In this document: piece by piece, positions 7,139 through 16,841 of the stretch
Layout: every line of letters starts with the position of its first letter
Numbering within the stretch: the first letter of the stretch is position 1
Source of the DNA: a virus
Taxonomy: Duplodnaviria > Caudoviricetes
IMG/VR virus record: IMGVR_UViG_3300038548_000456
Location: 1 to 63,910 of that record
Direction: 5' to 3' (one strand)
DNA length: 63,910 nt
The notes under the pieces: model-generated
Told to the model about the DNA's origin: nothing
Databases searched by the model: none
The model's input: the letters and a program-made list of their open reading frames with translations, nothing else
Position numbers and translations under genes: made by a program

Positions 7139-7471
7139 ATGTTGTATTCGGGTATGGATATGATGATCTTTTCTGCTAATAAGAAATGTCCTACTTGTAT
7201 GAAGGTTGAGGATGTAGATCCAAATCTAACTAAGAGACCTGCTAAGGAGAAGACCGTGGATCTTGACGAACAGAAGATGATGCAGATATGGCTGGCTAGC
7301 CTGCATATAAAGCTAGAAGCAGGCCAGGTAGACGAAGTCAAACAAGAAATTGCCGTAGCACTTGGAAGAATTGAGGAGGATCAAGATGACAACATTAGAG
7401 GAACGGGTGAAGAACCTAGAGCATTGGTTGGCGGGGCAGATGACACCAGACCCGAGAGCGACACCAGATGA
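7139..7471 (+). CDS. Hypothetical protein
   Basis: ORF track. Confidence 0.45.
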   Translation: MLYSGMDMMIFSANKKCPTCMKVEDVDPNLTKRPAKEKTVDLDEQKMMQIWLASLHIKLEAGQVDEVKQEIAVALGRIEEDQDDNIRGTGEEPRALVGGADDTRPESDTR

Positions 7472-8426
7472 ACACCTGAGGCAGATGCTGACAGCAGAAC
7501 TCAATCAAATGAAGGATCTCAATCGACTCTTTGACAACCGTCTGATGGAGTTGGAGAAGTTCCTTAGGGTCATTCGTGAGGATGATCTAATTCCATGGAC
7601 AGTGAAGCAAGTCAAGATGCTAAGCGGTCAGTCGATAGAGATGATTACTCGAGTAGCAAGACTGGAGAGCGAATTCAACAGTCATCGAGATGCAGTCGGC
7701 ATAGGACAAGCACGACAAGAAGACCGCATGCACGGTATCGAAGGACGACTCAATGCTCTAGTCAGAGCAGTCGAAGGATTCGCACAAGACGGGGTGGATC
7801 GCAGTGCACGCATTGACGAGCTGAGTATTGACATCAATGCAATGGCTGGCTACACAGGTTATGATACATTCAGAGCTGATGTGGATCCCTCGGATTGGCC
7901 ACAAGGTGACTCTCGAAAGTCTGAGGAAGAACGGCAGAAGTCTGCTCGACTGCGTCAGAAGGTAGATAACTTAGGCTTAGGTCTTCAAACAGTAAAGGCT
8001 AATCCTGAGTTTGGCAAGGCTTCCATCATCGAGTGTGTAGAGGACAGTCAGCCTCAGCGCATGGTGGATAAGAAGACAGAAGAACTGTTCAAAGGAAAAC
8101 CCTTCAGCAATCTACGAGACAAGATGTCACCTGAGCGACAGGAACGAGCGACTCAAGAAGCAGACCGCATGATAGATGAGATCGAAGGTCGAGTATTCAC
8201 CGATGCCGAGGTGCTATCCTTGCGTCGCTTTGAGATACACATCTACGAAGACAATGGCGACATGGATCGGCGCAATCGAATCATAGCCGGAGGTCGAGAG
8301 TATCCCGATGGACACCTGGTGATAACCTGGTTTGATAACCTATATACTGAGACCTATACTAATATGGAGGAGTTGCAACAAGCGCATGGACAGCGCGACA
8401 ACGTGACCATAGAATATCTCGACTAA
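7362..8426 (+). CDS. Coiled-coil hypothetical protein
   Basis: 354-aa ORF with heptad-rich N-terminal half. Confidence 0.75.
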   Translation: MEELRRIKMTTLEERVKNLEHWLAGQMTPDPRATPDEHLRQMLTAELNQMKDLNRLFDNRLMELEKFLRVIREDDLIPWTVKQVKMLSGQSIEMITRVARLESEFNSHRDAVGIGQARQEDRMHGIEGRLNALVRAVEGFAQDGVDRSARIDELSIDINAMAGYTGYDTFRADVDPSDWPQGDSRKSEEERQKSARLRQKVDNLGLGLQTVKANPEFGKASIIECVEDSQPQRMVDKKTEELFKGKPFSNLRDKMSPERQERATQEADRMIDEIEGRVFTDAEVLSLRRFEIHIYEDNGDMDRRNRIIAGGREYPDGHLVITWFDNLYTETYTNMEELQQAHGQRDNVTIEYLD

Positions 8427-8442
8427 TTAAAGGAGAACCAAC

Positions 8443-9384
8443 ATGATGAAGTACCTAGTAATCTTGTTTGCACTTGTGTTGAGCGGTGTGGCGAGTGCAG
8501 ACTTTGCAACGGATGTTACCTTGAATCTGAGAGCTGACGAGAACTACACCCTGACAGTGGACAATGCGGCTGAGCCGTTAGAGAGCTGGACGATGCGTCT
8601 GAGTGGCGTCGGTACAAAGGGGTGGGACACAGTGAATGGTGGTTCTGCGTTTGTGCTGTCGCCAGACGTGAGAATCAATAACGACGATATTCACAGCGAC
8701 GTGATGACGTTTCGTCTAAGTGCAGGTGCACTGGTAGGCAGTGTGAGTGTCAGCGGTGATATAGACGGTGGAATAAGCGGAGTAGAGACAGTGCTGGTCT
8801 ACCAATCCGGAGCCACCAGAACTATTACCCATACAGTAAGCGGCGTAGATCCGACGTTTGTGTGGTTTGCAACAATACGTGAGAGTGTCGTGCCTCCTCC
8901 AGTCGGACCTATAGTCGACGGTGTGGGTGAAGCGACGCTGACCTGGGTAGCGCCGACCGAGAATGAGGACGGTAGTACTCTGGCAGACTTGTCTGGGTTC
9001 GTCGTGTACTGGGACGGCATGTCTAGCCGCAACCGATGTGGTGACTACCCAGTCGGTAAGCTGGACGGCTTCTGCTACGGCAATGCACTGGACGTGCCAG
9101 ACTCAGCAGCTACAACTGTAGACATTGTGCTGAGTATCGATCAGGACTCTAGTGTCTACTTCGCTGTCACCGCGTACCGAGTAACGACTGACCCCACGAC
9201 TGGGGAGCTGGTTACTGTCATGTCTCAGTTCAGCAACGAGATTGAGAAGAAGTTTGAGATCGTGGTCACAGACCCTCCCGCGTCACCTCCTAATGCTCCG
9301 CTGATGTTCAGCGTGACAGTGACACTAACTTGCACAGCAGACGTAGCAAGCGCAACATGCGAGGTTATTGAGGTGACACCGTGA
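8443..9384 (+). CDS. Signal-peptide protein with a fibronectin type III-like domain
   Basis: MKYLVILFALVLSGVASA signal; ATLTWVAPTENEDGSTLADLSGFVVYW...YFAVTAY...SQFSNE. Confidence 0.75.
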   Translation: MMKYLVILFALVLSGVASADFATDVTLNLRADENYTLTVDNAAEPLESWTMRLSGVGTKGWDTVNGGSAFVLSPDVRINNDDIHSDVMTFRLSAGALVGSVSVSGDIDGGISGVETVLVYQSGATRTITHTVSGVDPTFVWFATIRESVVPPPVGPIVDGVGEATLTWVAPTENEDGSTLADLSGFVVYWDGMSSRNRCGDYPVGKLDGFCYGNALDVPDSAATTVDIVLSIDQDSSVYFAVTAYRVTTDPTTGELVTVMSQFSNEIEKKFEIVVTDPPASPPNAPLMFSVTVTLTCTADVASATCEVIEVTP

Positions 9385-9677
9385 GAGACACTGACGTACA
9401 AATCCTGTGTGCAGTGACATTGTTAGTGGAAAATCTTGAGTTGTATCCTCTTGCTAAAGCTTATCGATGGAAAGAACCTAAGCATGATACAGGTGGGATC
9501 TTCTACTTGTATCCTCCTGTGGTCTCTGCTGTTCGAAGACATTACAGAGGAATGGACTATGACTTCCATCGAATGAAGCGAGCAAGGATTGATGGATTAA
9601 ATCCTGACGAAGTAATGGCGGACATTGAAATGCGAGATTGCTATGAGAAAGAGCCTCGATTTCTCAACCATAAATAG
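9381..9677 (+). CDS. Hypothetical protein
   Basis: GTGA overlap; N-terminus shared with the next gene. Confidence 0.6.
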   Translation: MRDTDVQILCAVTLLVENLELYPLAKAYRWKEPKHDTGGIFYLYPPVVSAVRRHYRGMDYDFHRMKRARIDGLNPDEVMADIEMRDCYEKEPRFLNHK

Positions 9678-9685
9678 GAAACAAC

Positions 9686-9988
9686 ATGAAAGACACTGAC
9701 GTTCAAATCTTATGTGGCTGTGATGTAGATACCATCTGTCCACAGGGCAAACTGCCACCATATCGTCGGCAGTGTGCAGTAGTAGTACCTGAAGACGATC
9801 TATTCAGAATCGTCATGCAATTACCCGAGTTCAAAAGGAGATACACCATGACTGAGAATGAAAACCTTCGCCTTAGGGCGTTGGAACAAGCAGTAATCTA
9901 TTGCCTAAATAACCCCCTGAAAAAGGTAGAGGAAAAGGCCAAGAAATTTGAGAAGTTTCTGAAAGGAGAGGATGATGGACAAAGATGA
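9686..9988 (+). CDS. Hypothetical protein
   Basis: AGGA SD; MKDTDVQILC N-terminus. Confidence 0.6.
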   Translation: MKDTDVQILCGCDVDTICPQGKLPPYRRQCAVVVPEDDLFRIVMQLPEFKRRYTMTENENLRLRALEQAVIYCLNNPLKKVEEKAKKFEKFLKGEDDGQR

Positions 9989-10141
9989 CCTCATAATTAT
10001 AGAGGCTCTGGAGGACGTGCTGAGATATCATCAGATAGAGTCTGAAGACATGAGTGAGGTAGAGCACCTGGCTGAAACGATCAACTACGCGCTAGACAAG
10101 TTTCTAAGTCTGGCCATAAAAACAATGAAAGAAGGAGAACA

Positions 10142-10678
10142 ATGATGACTGTAACAACACTGGATGTAGGTGAACTGAGCGAACGATGGGGCGCTGCTCG
10201 AGTAGAGAATGCGATGATCTTCATCACCAAAGCAGAAGACCGCAATGGTCTTGCAGTTCAGATTCCTCTCACTGAGGGACGAGTTGGTGCCATACTTGAG
10301 GCTGTCCATGGAGAGTATGAACCCTCAGAAAAATCTCCTCTAGCAATCGAAAGAATAGCCGGGATATGTCATGAAGCTAATCGTGCCTACTGTCAAGCAC
10401 TTGGCGATCACAGTCAATTACCGTGGGACAATGCACCACCCTGGCAACGTGAGTCAGCTTGCAATGGTGTGCGATTTCATATGGACAATCCGGATGCAGG
10501 ACCGGCAGCATCACATCAGAACTGGCTGAAAGAGAAGGTTGACAACGGCTGGGTCTATGGTGATGTGAAGAATGAGAGGGTCAGGACTCACTCTTGTCTG
10601 GTGCCATTCGTCGAGTTGCCTCAAGCACAACAGGCTAAAGACTACATCTTCTGCGCCATCGTACATGCAATGTCATGA
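10142..10678 (+). CDS. RyR (ryanodine receptor repeat)-domain protein
   Basis: SHQNWLKEKVDNGWVYG..K....THSCLVPFVELPQAQQAKD matches the RyR domain pattern. Confidence 0.75.
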   Translation: MMTVTTLDVGELSERWGAARVENAMIFITKAEDRNGLAVQIPLTEGRVGAILEAVHGEYEPSEKSPLAIERIAGICHEANRAYCQALGDHSQLPWDNAPPWQRESACNGVRFHMDNPDAGPAASHQNWLKEKVDNGWVYGDVKNERVRTHSCLVPFVELPQAQQAKDYIFCAIVHAMS

Positions 10679-11114
10679 GATTTTGGAAACAGTTCTTTCG
10701 CACTTACTGGTTTACAGTACTAGCGATGGTATTGATAACTATCTTTCAATTCATTCCGGAGTAATAATGAATGAGCAACAAGAAGCGGAAATTAAAGCAG
10801 TCATCCTAGCAGTGGAGACGCAAGTGTCAAACGCTTGCATCGGTCCAGCTCGAGCTTACTTCGAGTTTCCCACACCTGAGGGGATAGTTCGGGGGATTTA
10901 TCGAACGTATGTCATTCAAGCTCCGACGTCATTGGAAGCACTGAAAGCACTTCAGCACTGCATTGAAGATCAGATCACTCGAGCATCCTCATTGTCCATG
11001 ACCACAGCTTTGTTCTGGCGCCTTGAGGATAAGATTGAGTTGGAACAGATGGAGGGAGAGGGTGCATTCCGGGCTCGTACTCGACTTGTGATACTACCGG
11101 AGGACAATGAATAG
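10572..11114 (+). CDS. Hypothetical protein (start probably at MNEQQE)
   Basis: GGAG SD before the internal ATG. Confidence 0.55.
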   Translation: MRGSGLTLVWCHSSSCLKHNRLKTTSSAPSYMQCHEILETVLSHLLVYSTSDGIDNYLSIHSGVIMNEQQEAEIKAVILAVETQVSNACIGPARAYFEFPTPEGIVRGIYRTYVIQAPTSLEALKALQHCIEDQITRASSLSMTTALFWRLEDKIELEQMEGEGAFRARTRLVILPEDNE

Positions 11115-11117
11115 CTG

Positions 11118-11354
11118 ATGGGTAAGCTTCACGTCTTAGATGCGGGCAAAGAGTTCAGTCCTCGGCAGTCCATTCTTCAAGCACTGGAGAAAGTGGATGA
11201 GTTAGAACAACTGGTTTGGATTGCAGTTGACAAAAAAGGTTGTGCTTATTGTGGTTGGTCTGATGGACCAGATCTCCACGTCCTCGGATTGTTAGAGATA
11301 GCTCGAGATAACGTCCTCCGTCGAATGCGTAACAACGACAGTTTTATGGATTGA
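11118..11354 (+). CDS. Hypothetical protein
   Basis: ORF immediately upstream of terL. Confidence 0.6.
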   Translation: MGKLHVLDAGKEFSPRQSILQALEKVDELEQLVWIAVDKKGCAYCGWSDGPDLHVLGLLEIARDNVLRRMRNNDSFMD

Positions 11355-11363
11355 TATGACGTA

Positions 11364-12956
11364 ATGATCTCAGTCAATTTCGGCCTCGTTCATGCACCAG
11401 CGGAGTTCAACTACGATACCGGAATTGAAGACCTAGCAGACGAGATCGTCACAGAGCTGGAGGCAGCCAATGAAGACTGGCTCACAGTTTGGGATGCACT
11501 GACTGAGGAAGAACTGCACTTCTTGCGATGGCAGATATGCTGGAAAGCTATGGCGCGAGTCAAGCAACTGCCGCCCAAGGAGTTCGCTGAAGGTATCAAG
11601 ACGATCTGGGGCGTCCGCTCTGGTCGTGGCTTTGGAAAGACCTTATGTGCAGCTAACTGGTTAGGTACTGAAGCCAGTCTCATTCCAGGTCACTATGCAG
11701 TAATTGCACCAACTCATGACGATGTGAGATACACCTGCTTCGAGGGGCCGACGGGTCTTCTGTCTTGTATACCTCCTGCTCTGATTACATACCAGAATTC
11801 ATCTCTACCAATGCTGGGCCTGTGGAATGGGTCAGTCATACGAGGCTTTGCAGGGGACGTACCTGAGCGCCTGCGCGGTCCTCAGCATAACAAGATCTGG
11901 TGCGACGAGATAGCATCCTGGAAATATCCGCAAGACGCCTGGGACAATCTGATGTTTGGCCTGCGTCTCGGCAATCTGCCTCAAGTGTTGTGGACGGGTA
12001 CTCCAAAACCCACACCATTCATTCGCAAGCTGGTTGACGATCCTAAAGGGATCTGTGTTGTAGGATCCACTTATGAGAACGAAGCAAACCTCACTCCTAT
12101 CTTCTATGAGAACGTCGCTAAGTATGAAGGCACCAAGATAGGACGACAAGAACTGTACGGCGAAGTGCTTGATCCTGAAGAGGAGGGCTTCGTCAAGAGA
12201 TCTCAGTGGAGACTGTGGCCAGCCAAGAGACCACTGCCGAAGTTTGTCTACATCATCTACTCTCTGGATACAGCATTCAAGGAGAAGACTTATGACAAGA
12301 AGAAAATGCAGTCTGATCCCACAGCTTGCTCAGTGTGGGGAGTATTCAACATCAAACGATTCGGGCAGACAGAAAAGCATGTCATGTTGCTCGATTGCTG
12401 GGAAGATTATCTCGGTCTGCCTGGTCTAATCAAAAAGGTAAAGCGCGAGCGCAAGAAGACCTATGGCGATGCTAGTGAGCCTCGTATTCGCCCACAAGTT
12501 GAGATAAAAGCCCATAGGGTAGGACATCAGGGCAGGAAGATAGACCTCATACTGATAGAGGAGAAGGGCAGCGGGATAAGCCTGATGCAATCGCTAGCTA
12601 CTGAAAACATTCTGACACACGGGTATAATCCTGGCAATGAAGACAAGTTAACGAGGCTACACGTTGTATCACCCATGTTCGCACACGGCAGAGTCTGGGC
12701 CGTCGAATCAGAGATCAATCCAGGAGAGTTCAGAACATGGGCTGATCCTCTGGTGTCACAAGTCTGCAGTTACATCGGGCCTGGTAGCACCGAACATGAT
12801 GACCTGCTGGATACGACTACTCAAGCTTTGCGCTTGTTAATGGAGAAGTTCTTTGGATCATTCACAATCAAGAAAGACCCCGAACAGCAGAAGCGAGATG
12901 CCGCAAGAGATGAGCAAAAGCGTAGGAAACGGAAGCGAAATCCTTATGGGAACTAA
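11364..12956 (+). CDS. terL: Terminase large subunit
   Basis: Walker A SGRGFGKT, LRGPQH, Walker B IWCDE, TGTP, RQELYGE, nuclease SLDTA, IEEKGSG, HDDLLD. Confidence 0.95.
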   Translation: MISVNFGLVHAPAEFNYDTGIEDLADEIVTELEAANEDWLTVWDALTEEELHFLRWQICWKAMARVKQLPPKEFAEGIKTIWGVRSGRGFGKTLCAANWLGTEASLIPGHYAVIAPTHDDVRYTCFEGPTGLLSCIPPALITYQNSSLPMLGLWNGSVIRGFAGDVPERLRGPQHNKIWCDEIASWKYPQDAWDNLMFGLRLGNLPQVLWTGTPKPTPFIRKLVDDPKGICVVGSTYENEANLTPIFYENVAKYEGTKIGRQELYGEVLDPEEEGFVKRSQWRLWPAKRPLPKFVYIIYSLDTAFKEKTYDKKKMQSDPTACSVWGVFNIKRFGQTEKHVMLLDCWEDYLGLPGLIKKVKRERKKTYGDASEPRIRPQVEIKAHRVGHQGRKIDLILIEEKGSGISLMQSLATENILTHGYNPGNEDKLTRLHVVSPMFAHGRVWAVESEINPGEFRTWADPLVSQVCSYIGPGSTEHDDLLDTTTQALRLLMEKFFGSFTIKKDPEQQKRDAARDEQKRRKRKRNPYGN

Positions 12957-13251
12957 CCAGGTAACTCAGATTGAGTATTGTCAGCCTCATTATGACGAGC
13001 TCATTGGTGCTCTGCTAGAAAGGAACTTGCATGACCATCTTGCAACTGACAGTGCAGAACTCGCAGATAGGCTTGAGAAAGGAAAGATGGATGCTGGACT
13101 AGAAGTAACGAGTGCCATCACCTCCATTGCTTTACAGATGTTCGGACCAGACCATGTGCTGGCATCTGACGGTTGTCCTCTCTGTGCTATCCATAACATC
13201 GTCACTCATGTGGCTGATCACATCGCCGTCAAATATACTCGGAGTAATTGA
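12853..13251 (+). CDS. Hypothetical protein (start probably at MGTNQV)
   Basis: Fills the gap between terL and portal. Confidence 0.55.
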   Translation: MDHSQSRKTPNSRSEMPQEMSKSVGNGSEILMGTNQVTQIEYCQPHYDELIGALLERNLHDHLATDSAELADRLEKGKMDAGLEVTSAITSIALQMFGPDHVLASDGCPLCAIHNIVTHVADHIAVKYTRSN

Positions 13252-15842
13252 AGATGCCTGACACAGAGGTAATGGAGTTTGATGCTCAGTCCTCAGAAGT
13301 AGAGCATACTGATGACGGTGGGGCTATTGTCCGAATAGGTGAAGAGACTGACGAGCTGCAAGAAGACAAGAACTGGTTTGACAACATTGTGGATCAGTTC
13401 GAAGAACCAGAGCTAGAGAAACTATCTGTCCGATTGTTAGACGACATTGACCGAGATAAGAAATCCAGAGAGAAACGAGACCAGCAATATGAAGAAGCAA
13501 TCAAAAGGACAGGCCTCGGTAAAGAGGCTCCTGGAGGCGCTGATTTCGAGGGAGCATCAACTGCGGTCCATCCGATGCTCACACAAGCCTGTGTCGATTA
13601 TTCAGCAAGAGCTATCCGAGAGGTCATGCCACCCAATGGTCCCGTCCGGACGTATGTACCAGGGGACCGACCGACAGTAGAGCGGATTGAGAAGGCGGGA
13701 CGTGTCAAGGATTATATGAATTGGCAATTCAAATTCCAGATGCCAGACTTCAGAACGGAGCTCGAACAACTACTCACACAGCTACCTCTTGGTGGTTCAC
13801 AATACCTGAGGCTAGTGTATGATGCAAAGAAGAAACGTCCATGTCCTGTCTTTGTCCCTGTTGATGATGTCTACTTACCCTATGCTGCTAGCAACTTCTA
13901 TACTGCTGAGCGAATTACTTACTGCGAGCACATCACTAAGTTTGAATTCGATCAACGAGTCAAGTCGGGGATGTACCGGGAACTACCCGCTGGGGACTCA
14001 GGAGAAACGTCTCAAGTTCCCGACGAGACGAAAGCTCAGAAAGCAACTGACAAGATAGAAGGTAAGAGTAAGGACTATCAATACAATGATGACGGACTGC
14101 GTGATGAGTTTGAAGTAACCACTCATTGCGAACTCGAAGATAAACATGAGTCTGCACCTTATCGCATCACCATCGACTCAGCAGCACGCAAGATCGTTGC
14201 TATCAATCGCAACTGGGAAGAAGAAGATGAGACGTTCGAGTCTCTCTACTGGATGGTAGAATTTCCGTTCGTGCCATGGCGTGGTGCGTACTCAATAGGT
14301 TTAGGCCAGATGATTGGATCCTTGAGTGGAGCCGCGACTGGTGCTTTGCGGGCCCTCCTCGATTCCGCTCACATCAACAACTTACCAACCCTTCTGAAAT
14401 TAAAAGGTGCTAACTTTTCCGGGCAGAGTAAGGAGTTGAATATTGCTGAGGTGACGGAAATCGAGGGCGGTATTGCATCAGATGATATTCGCAAGCTGAT
14501 CATGTCAGTGCCGTATAATCAACCCTCTCCTGTGTTATTTCAATTGCTGGGTTTCTGTGTTGATGCTGGTCAAAGTGTAGTTCGCACAACCTTTGAGAAT
14601 ATCGCCGAGCAGAATAGCAATATGCCGGTTGGAACTACCTTAGCGTTGATCGAAGAAGGCATGAAGGTAATGTCAGCTATTCACCTTCGTACTTACCATG
14701 CCATGGACTACGTTGTTCGTTTGCTCCACAGAATTGATAGGATGTACATCACTGAAGAGGAGATGAAGGATGACATTGGCGAGGTACTGGCAACTCAAGC
14801 TGACTTTGAGAAGCCGATTGACGTTGTACCTACTGCCGATCCTGAAGTCTTTAGTGATGTGCAACGCCTGGCTCAATTACAGATCGTGGCAGATCGTGCT
14901 CAAGCAATGCCTGAGTTGTACAATCTTCGCAATGTAGAAAAACGATTGCTTGAGCGCACGAAGATACCCAACCCCGATGAGTTACTCATACCTCTACAGG
15001 AACCTGAACAACAGAATGCAGTCAATGAGAATGCAGCGATGTCATTGCAAAGGCCTGTGGCTGCCTTCCCAGAACAAGACCACCTGGCACACTTACAGGT
15101 ACACTTAGACTATATGCAGTCTCCAGTGCTAGGTGGTCTTCCAGTCATTGCTCCTAGCTTTGTACCGATGGTGCTGGAACATATCAAGGAACATGTGGTA
15201 TTGTGGTACGTCACTGAGAACTATGCTATGCTCAAGATCGCTACTAATCGAACAGAGGAACAGATTACAGCGATCTTGACACAACAGGACCCTGAGACAC
15301 GCGCTGAGCTCGATAAGATGCTGGCTGCGATGTCACAGAAGATCGTGCCTCGAGCGGGTGAGGTACTTAGCAGCCTACCATCCATCGTAACACAAGCTGT
15401 GCAGATGGTGCAATCAATGCAGCCGAAAGAAGAGGTCCCATTGGATCCGAATAAGCAGGCAGATATTCAGGCACGCACTCAAGACAAGCAAGCAGATCGT
15501 CAGCAGAAGGGCGAACTTGCACAACTCAGATTAGTCGAACTCGATAAGAAACTATCTGCGGATAGTGAGACCGAGTTTGCAAAACTCTCAGCGAAAGAAA
15601 GACAACAGGCAGTCGATGCCGCCAATGATGAAGCACAGCAGGCTAAGGAGTACGCTGCTCGACTCGAGGCACTGCAGCTATCAGAGGCTGGCGATGACAG
15701 ACGCACTGCTGCTCAACTTTCATCCCGTGAACAAATCAACAAAGAGGATAACCTCACAGCGTTGGCTATCGCGGAAGCTGAGATAGAATCTGGTGAGAAA
15801 GTCGCAGTCGAGACCGGAACGGGTATTAATCCCTCGGGCTAA
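13248..15842 (+). CDS. Portal protein (podovirus/P22-like, long C-terminal coiled coil)
   Basis: Position after terL; FEGASTAVHPML, LPLGGS, PVGTTLALIE, AFPEQDHLAH motifs; 864 aa. Confidence 0.85.
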   Translation: MKMPDTEVMEFDAQSSEVEHTDDGGAIVRIGEETDELQEDKNWFDNIVDQFEEPELEKLSVRLLDDIDRDKKSREKRDQQYEEAIKRTGLGKEAPGGADFEGASTAVHPMLTQACVDYSARAIREVMPPNGPVRTYVPGDRPTVERIEKAGRVKDYMNWQFKFQMPDFRTELEQLLTQLPLGGSQYLRLVYDAKKKRPCPVFVPVDDVYLPYAASNFYTAERITYCEHITKFEFDQRVKSGMYRELPAGDSGETSQVPDETKAQKATDKIEGKSKDYQYNDDGLRDEFEVTTHCELEDKHESAPYRITIDSAARKIVAINRNWEEEDETFESLYWMVEFPFVPWRGAYSIGLGQMIGSLSGAATGALRALLDSAHINNLPTLLKLKGANFSGQSKELNIAEVTEIEGGIASDDIRKLIMSVPYNQPSPVLFQLLGFCVDAGQSVVRTTFENIAEQNSNMPVGTTLALIEEGMKVMSAIHLRTYHAMDYVVRLLHRIDRMYITEEEMKDDIGEVLATQADFEKPIDVVPTADPEVFSDVQRLAQLQIVADRAQAMPELYNLRNVEKRLLERTKIPNPDELLIPLQEPEQQNAVNENAAMSLQRPVAAFPEQDHLAHLQVHLDYMQSPVLGGLPVIAPSFVPMVLEHIKEHVVLWYVTENYAMLKIATNRTEEQITAILTQQDPETRAELDKMLAAMSQKIVPRAGEVLSSLPSIVTQAVQMVQSMQPKEEVPLDPNKQADIQARTQDKQADRQQKGELAQLRLVELDKKLSADSETEFAKLSAKERQQAVDAANDEAQQAKEYAARLEALQLSEAGDDRRTAAQLSSREQINKEDNLTALAIAEAEIESGEKVAVETGTGINPSG

Positions 15843-15933
15843 ATCTGGAGAGGTACGAGGTAGTGGCCTTCATATCCAAACATGATGCAGATCAATCGCC
15901 AGCATTTTTTTAACGTAGGATCAGGAGAACGAA

Positions 15934-16140
15934 ATGAGCGACACAAAAGGTAAGTCAGTTGGGAAGTATCCACCTGGCGCTATTCGACAACATCATGCAT
16001 TGGCTACTGGTGCTCCGCTGGAGACAGTGGATACACGTGATCTAGGAGGTGGTTTCAAATCAGACGGTCCTGCGGCAAAGCCAAACAGCATCAAGAAGTC
16101 CGGTACGAGCACCGGTTCGCGCAGCAAGGGCGGCTACTAA
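15934..16140 (+). CDS. Small basic protein
   Basis: AGGAG SD; head module. Confidence 0.6.
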   Translation: MSDTKGKSVGKYPPGAIRQHHALATGAPLETVDTRDLGGGFKSDGPAAKPNSIKKSGTSTGSRSKGGY

Positions 16141-16153
16141 CCCGCTCTTTGTG

Positions 16154-16171
16154 CCTATAGGTACCTATAGG
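16154..16171. promoter_or_regulatory. Perfect 18-bp palindrome, possible operator
   Basis: cctataggtacctatagg, intergenic. Confidence 0.4.
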
Positions 16172-16207
16172 GTACTATTTACAAATTTATCGTGCTGAGG
16201 TAATATT

Positions 16208-16396
16208 GTGCCACAGATCGAACAGATCTTCATAGAACGATTAAAAGAGGAACAGGCCGGATGCATCCAACTTCTCAAAACACCGAAGGACAAGACTGCC
16301 TTTGGATATGGAGAAGCCTGTGGAACGCTCCAAGGCCTCAATCGTGCCGAGCAGCTGTTCTTAGATGTGATAGGGGAAGTAGATGACCAGACTTAA
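16208..16396 (+). CDS. Small head-module protein
   Basis: GAGG SD; lies just before the GroES-like gene. Confidence 0.65.
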   Translation: MPQIEQIFIERLKEEQAGCIQLLKTPKDKTAFGYGEACGTLQGLNRAEQLFLDVIGEVDDQT

Positions 16397-16826
16397 CGTC
16401 GCAGAGATACCTGACCACAAACAGACTCACGAAGATGCAATGTCTTTCGCGTTTCCGAATGTGAAGCCAGGTCTTACGCCTTATGGATCTCGCGTTCTCG
16501 TGCAGATCCGTACGCCCAAAACTGTGACGGAAGGTGGCATTCTTATTCCAGAGGAAGCCAGGCAAACTGAGAAGTGGAATACTCAGGTTGCTAAAGTCAT
16601 CACGCTTGGACCTGTCTCATTCAAGAATCGCGAAACTCTTGAATCGTGGCCTGAAGGGGATTGGTGCTGGGCAGGCACATTCGTTCGTGTTCCGAAGTAT
16701 GGAGGCGATCGATGGGAAGTTCCAGTGCCTGGCAGCCAAGACCCCGCGCTATTCGTATTGTATAATGACCTCGACCTTCTCGGTCAGTTTGTCGGCAATC
16801 CATTATCCGTAAAAGCATTCATCTGA
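16383..16826 (+). CDS. groES: GroES-like co-chaperonin
   Basis: LTPYGSRVLVQ, TEGGILIP mobile loop, VITLGP, KYGG, LYNDLD. Confidence 0.85.
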   Translation: MTRLNVAEIPDHKQTHEDAMSFAFPNVKPGLTPYGSRVLVQIRTPKTVTEGGILIPEEARQTEKWNTQVAKVITLGPVSFKNRETLESWPEGDWCWAGTFVRVPKYGGDRWEVPVPGSQDPALFVLYNDLDLLGQFVGNPLSVKAFI

Positions 16827-16841
16827 CTGTAGGAGACAGAG

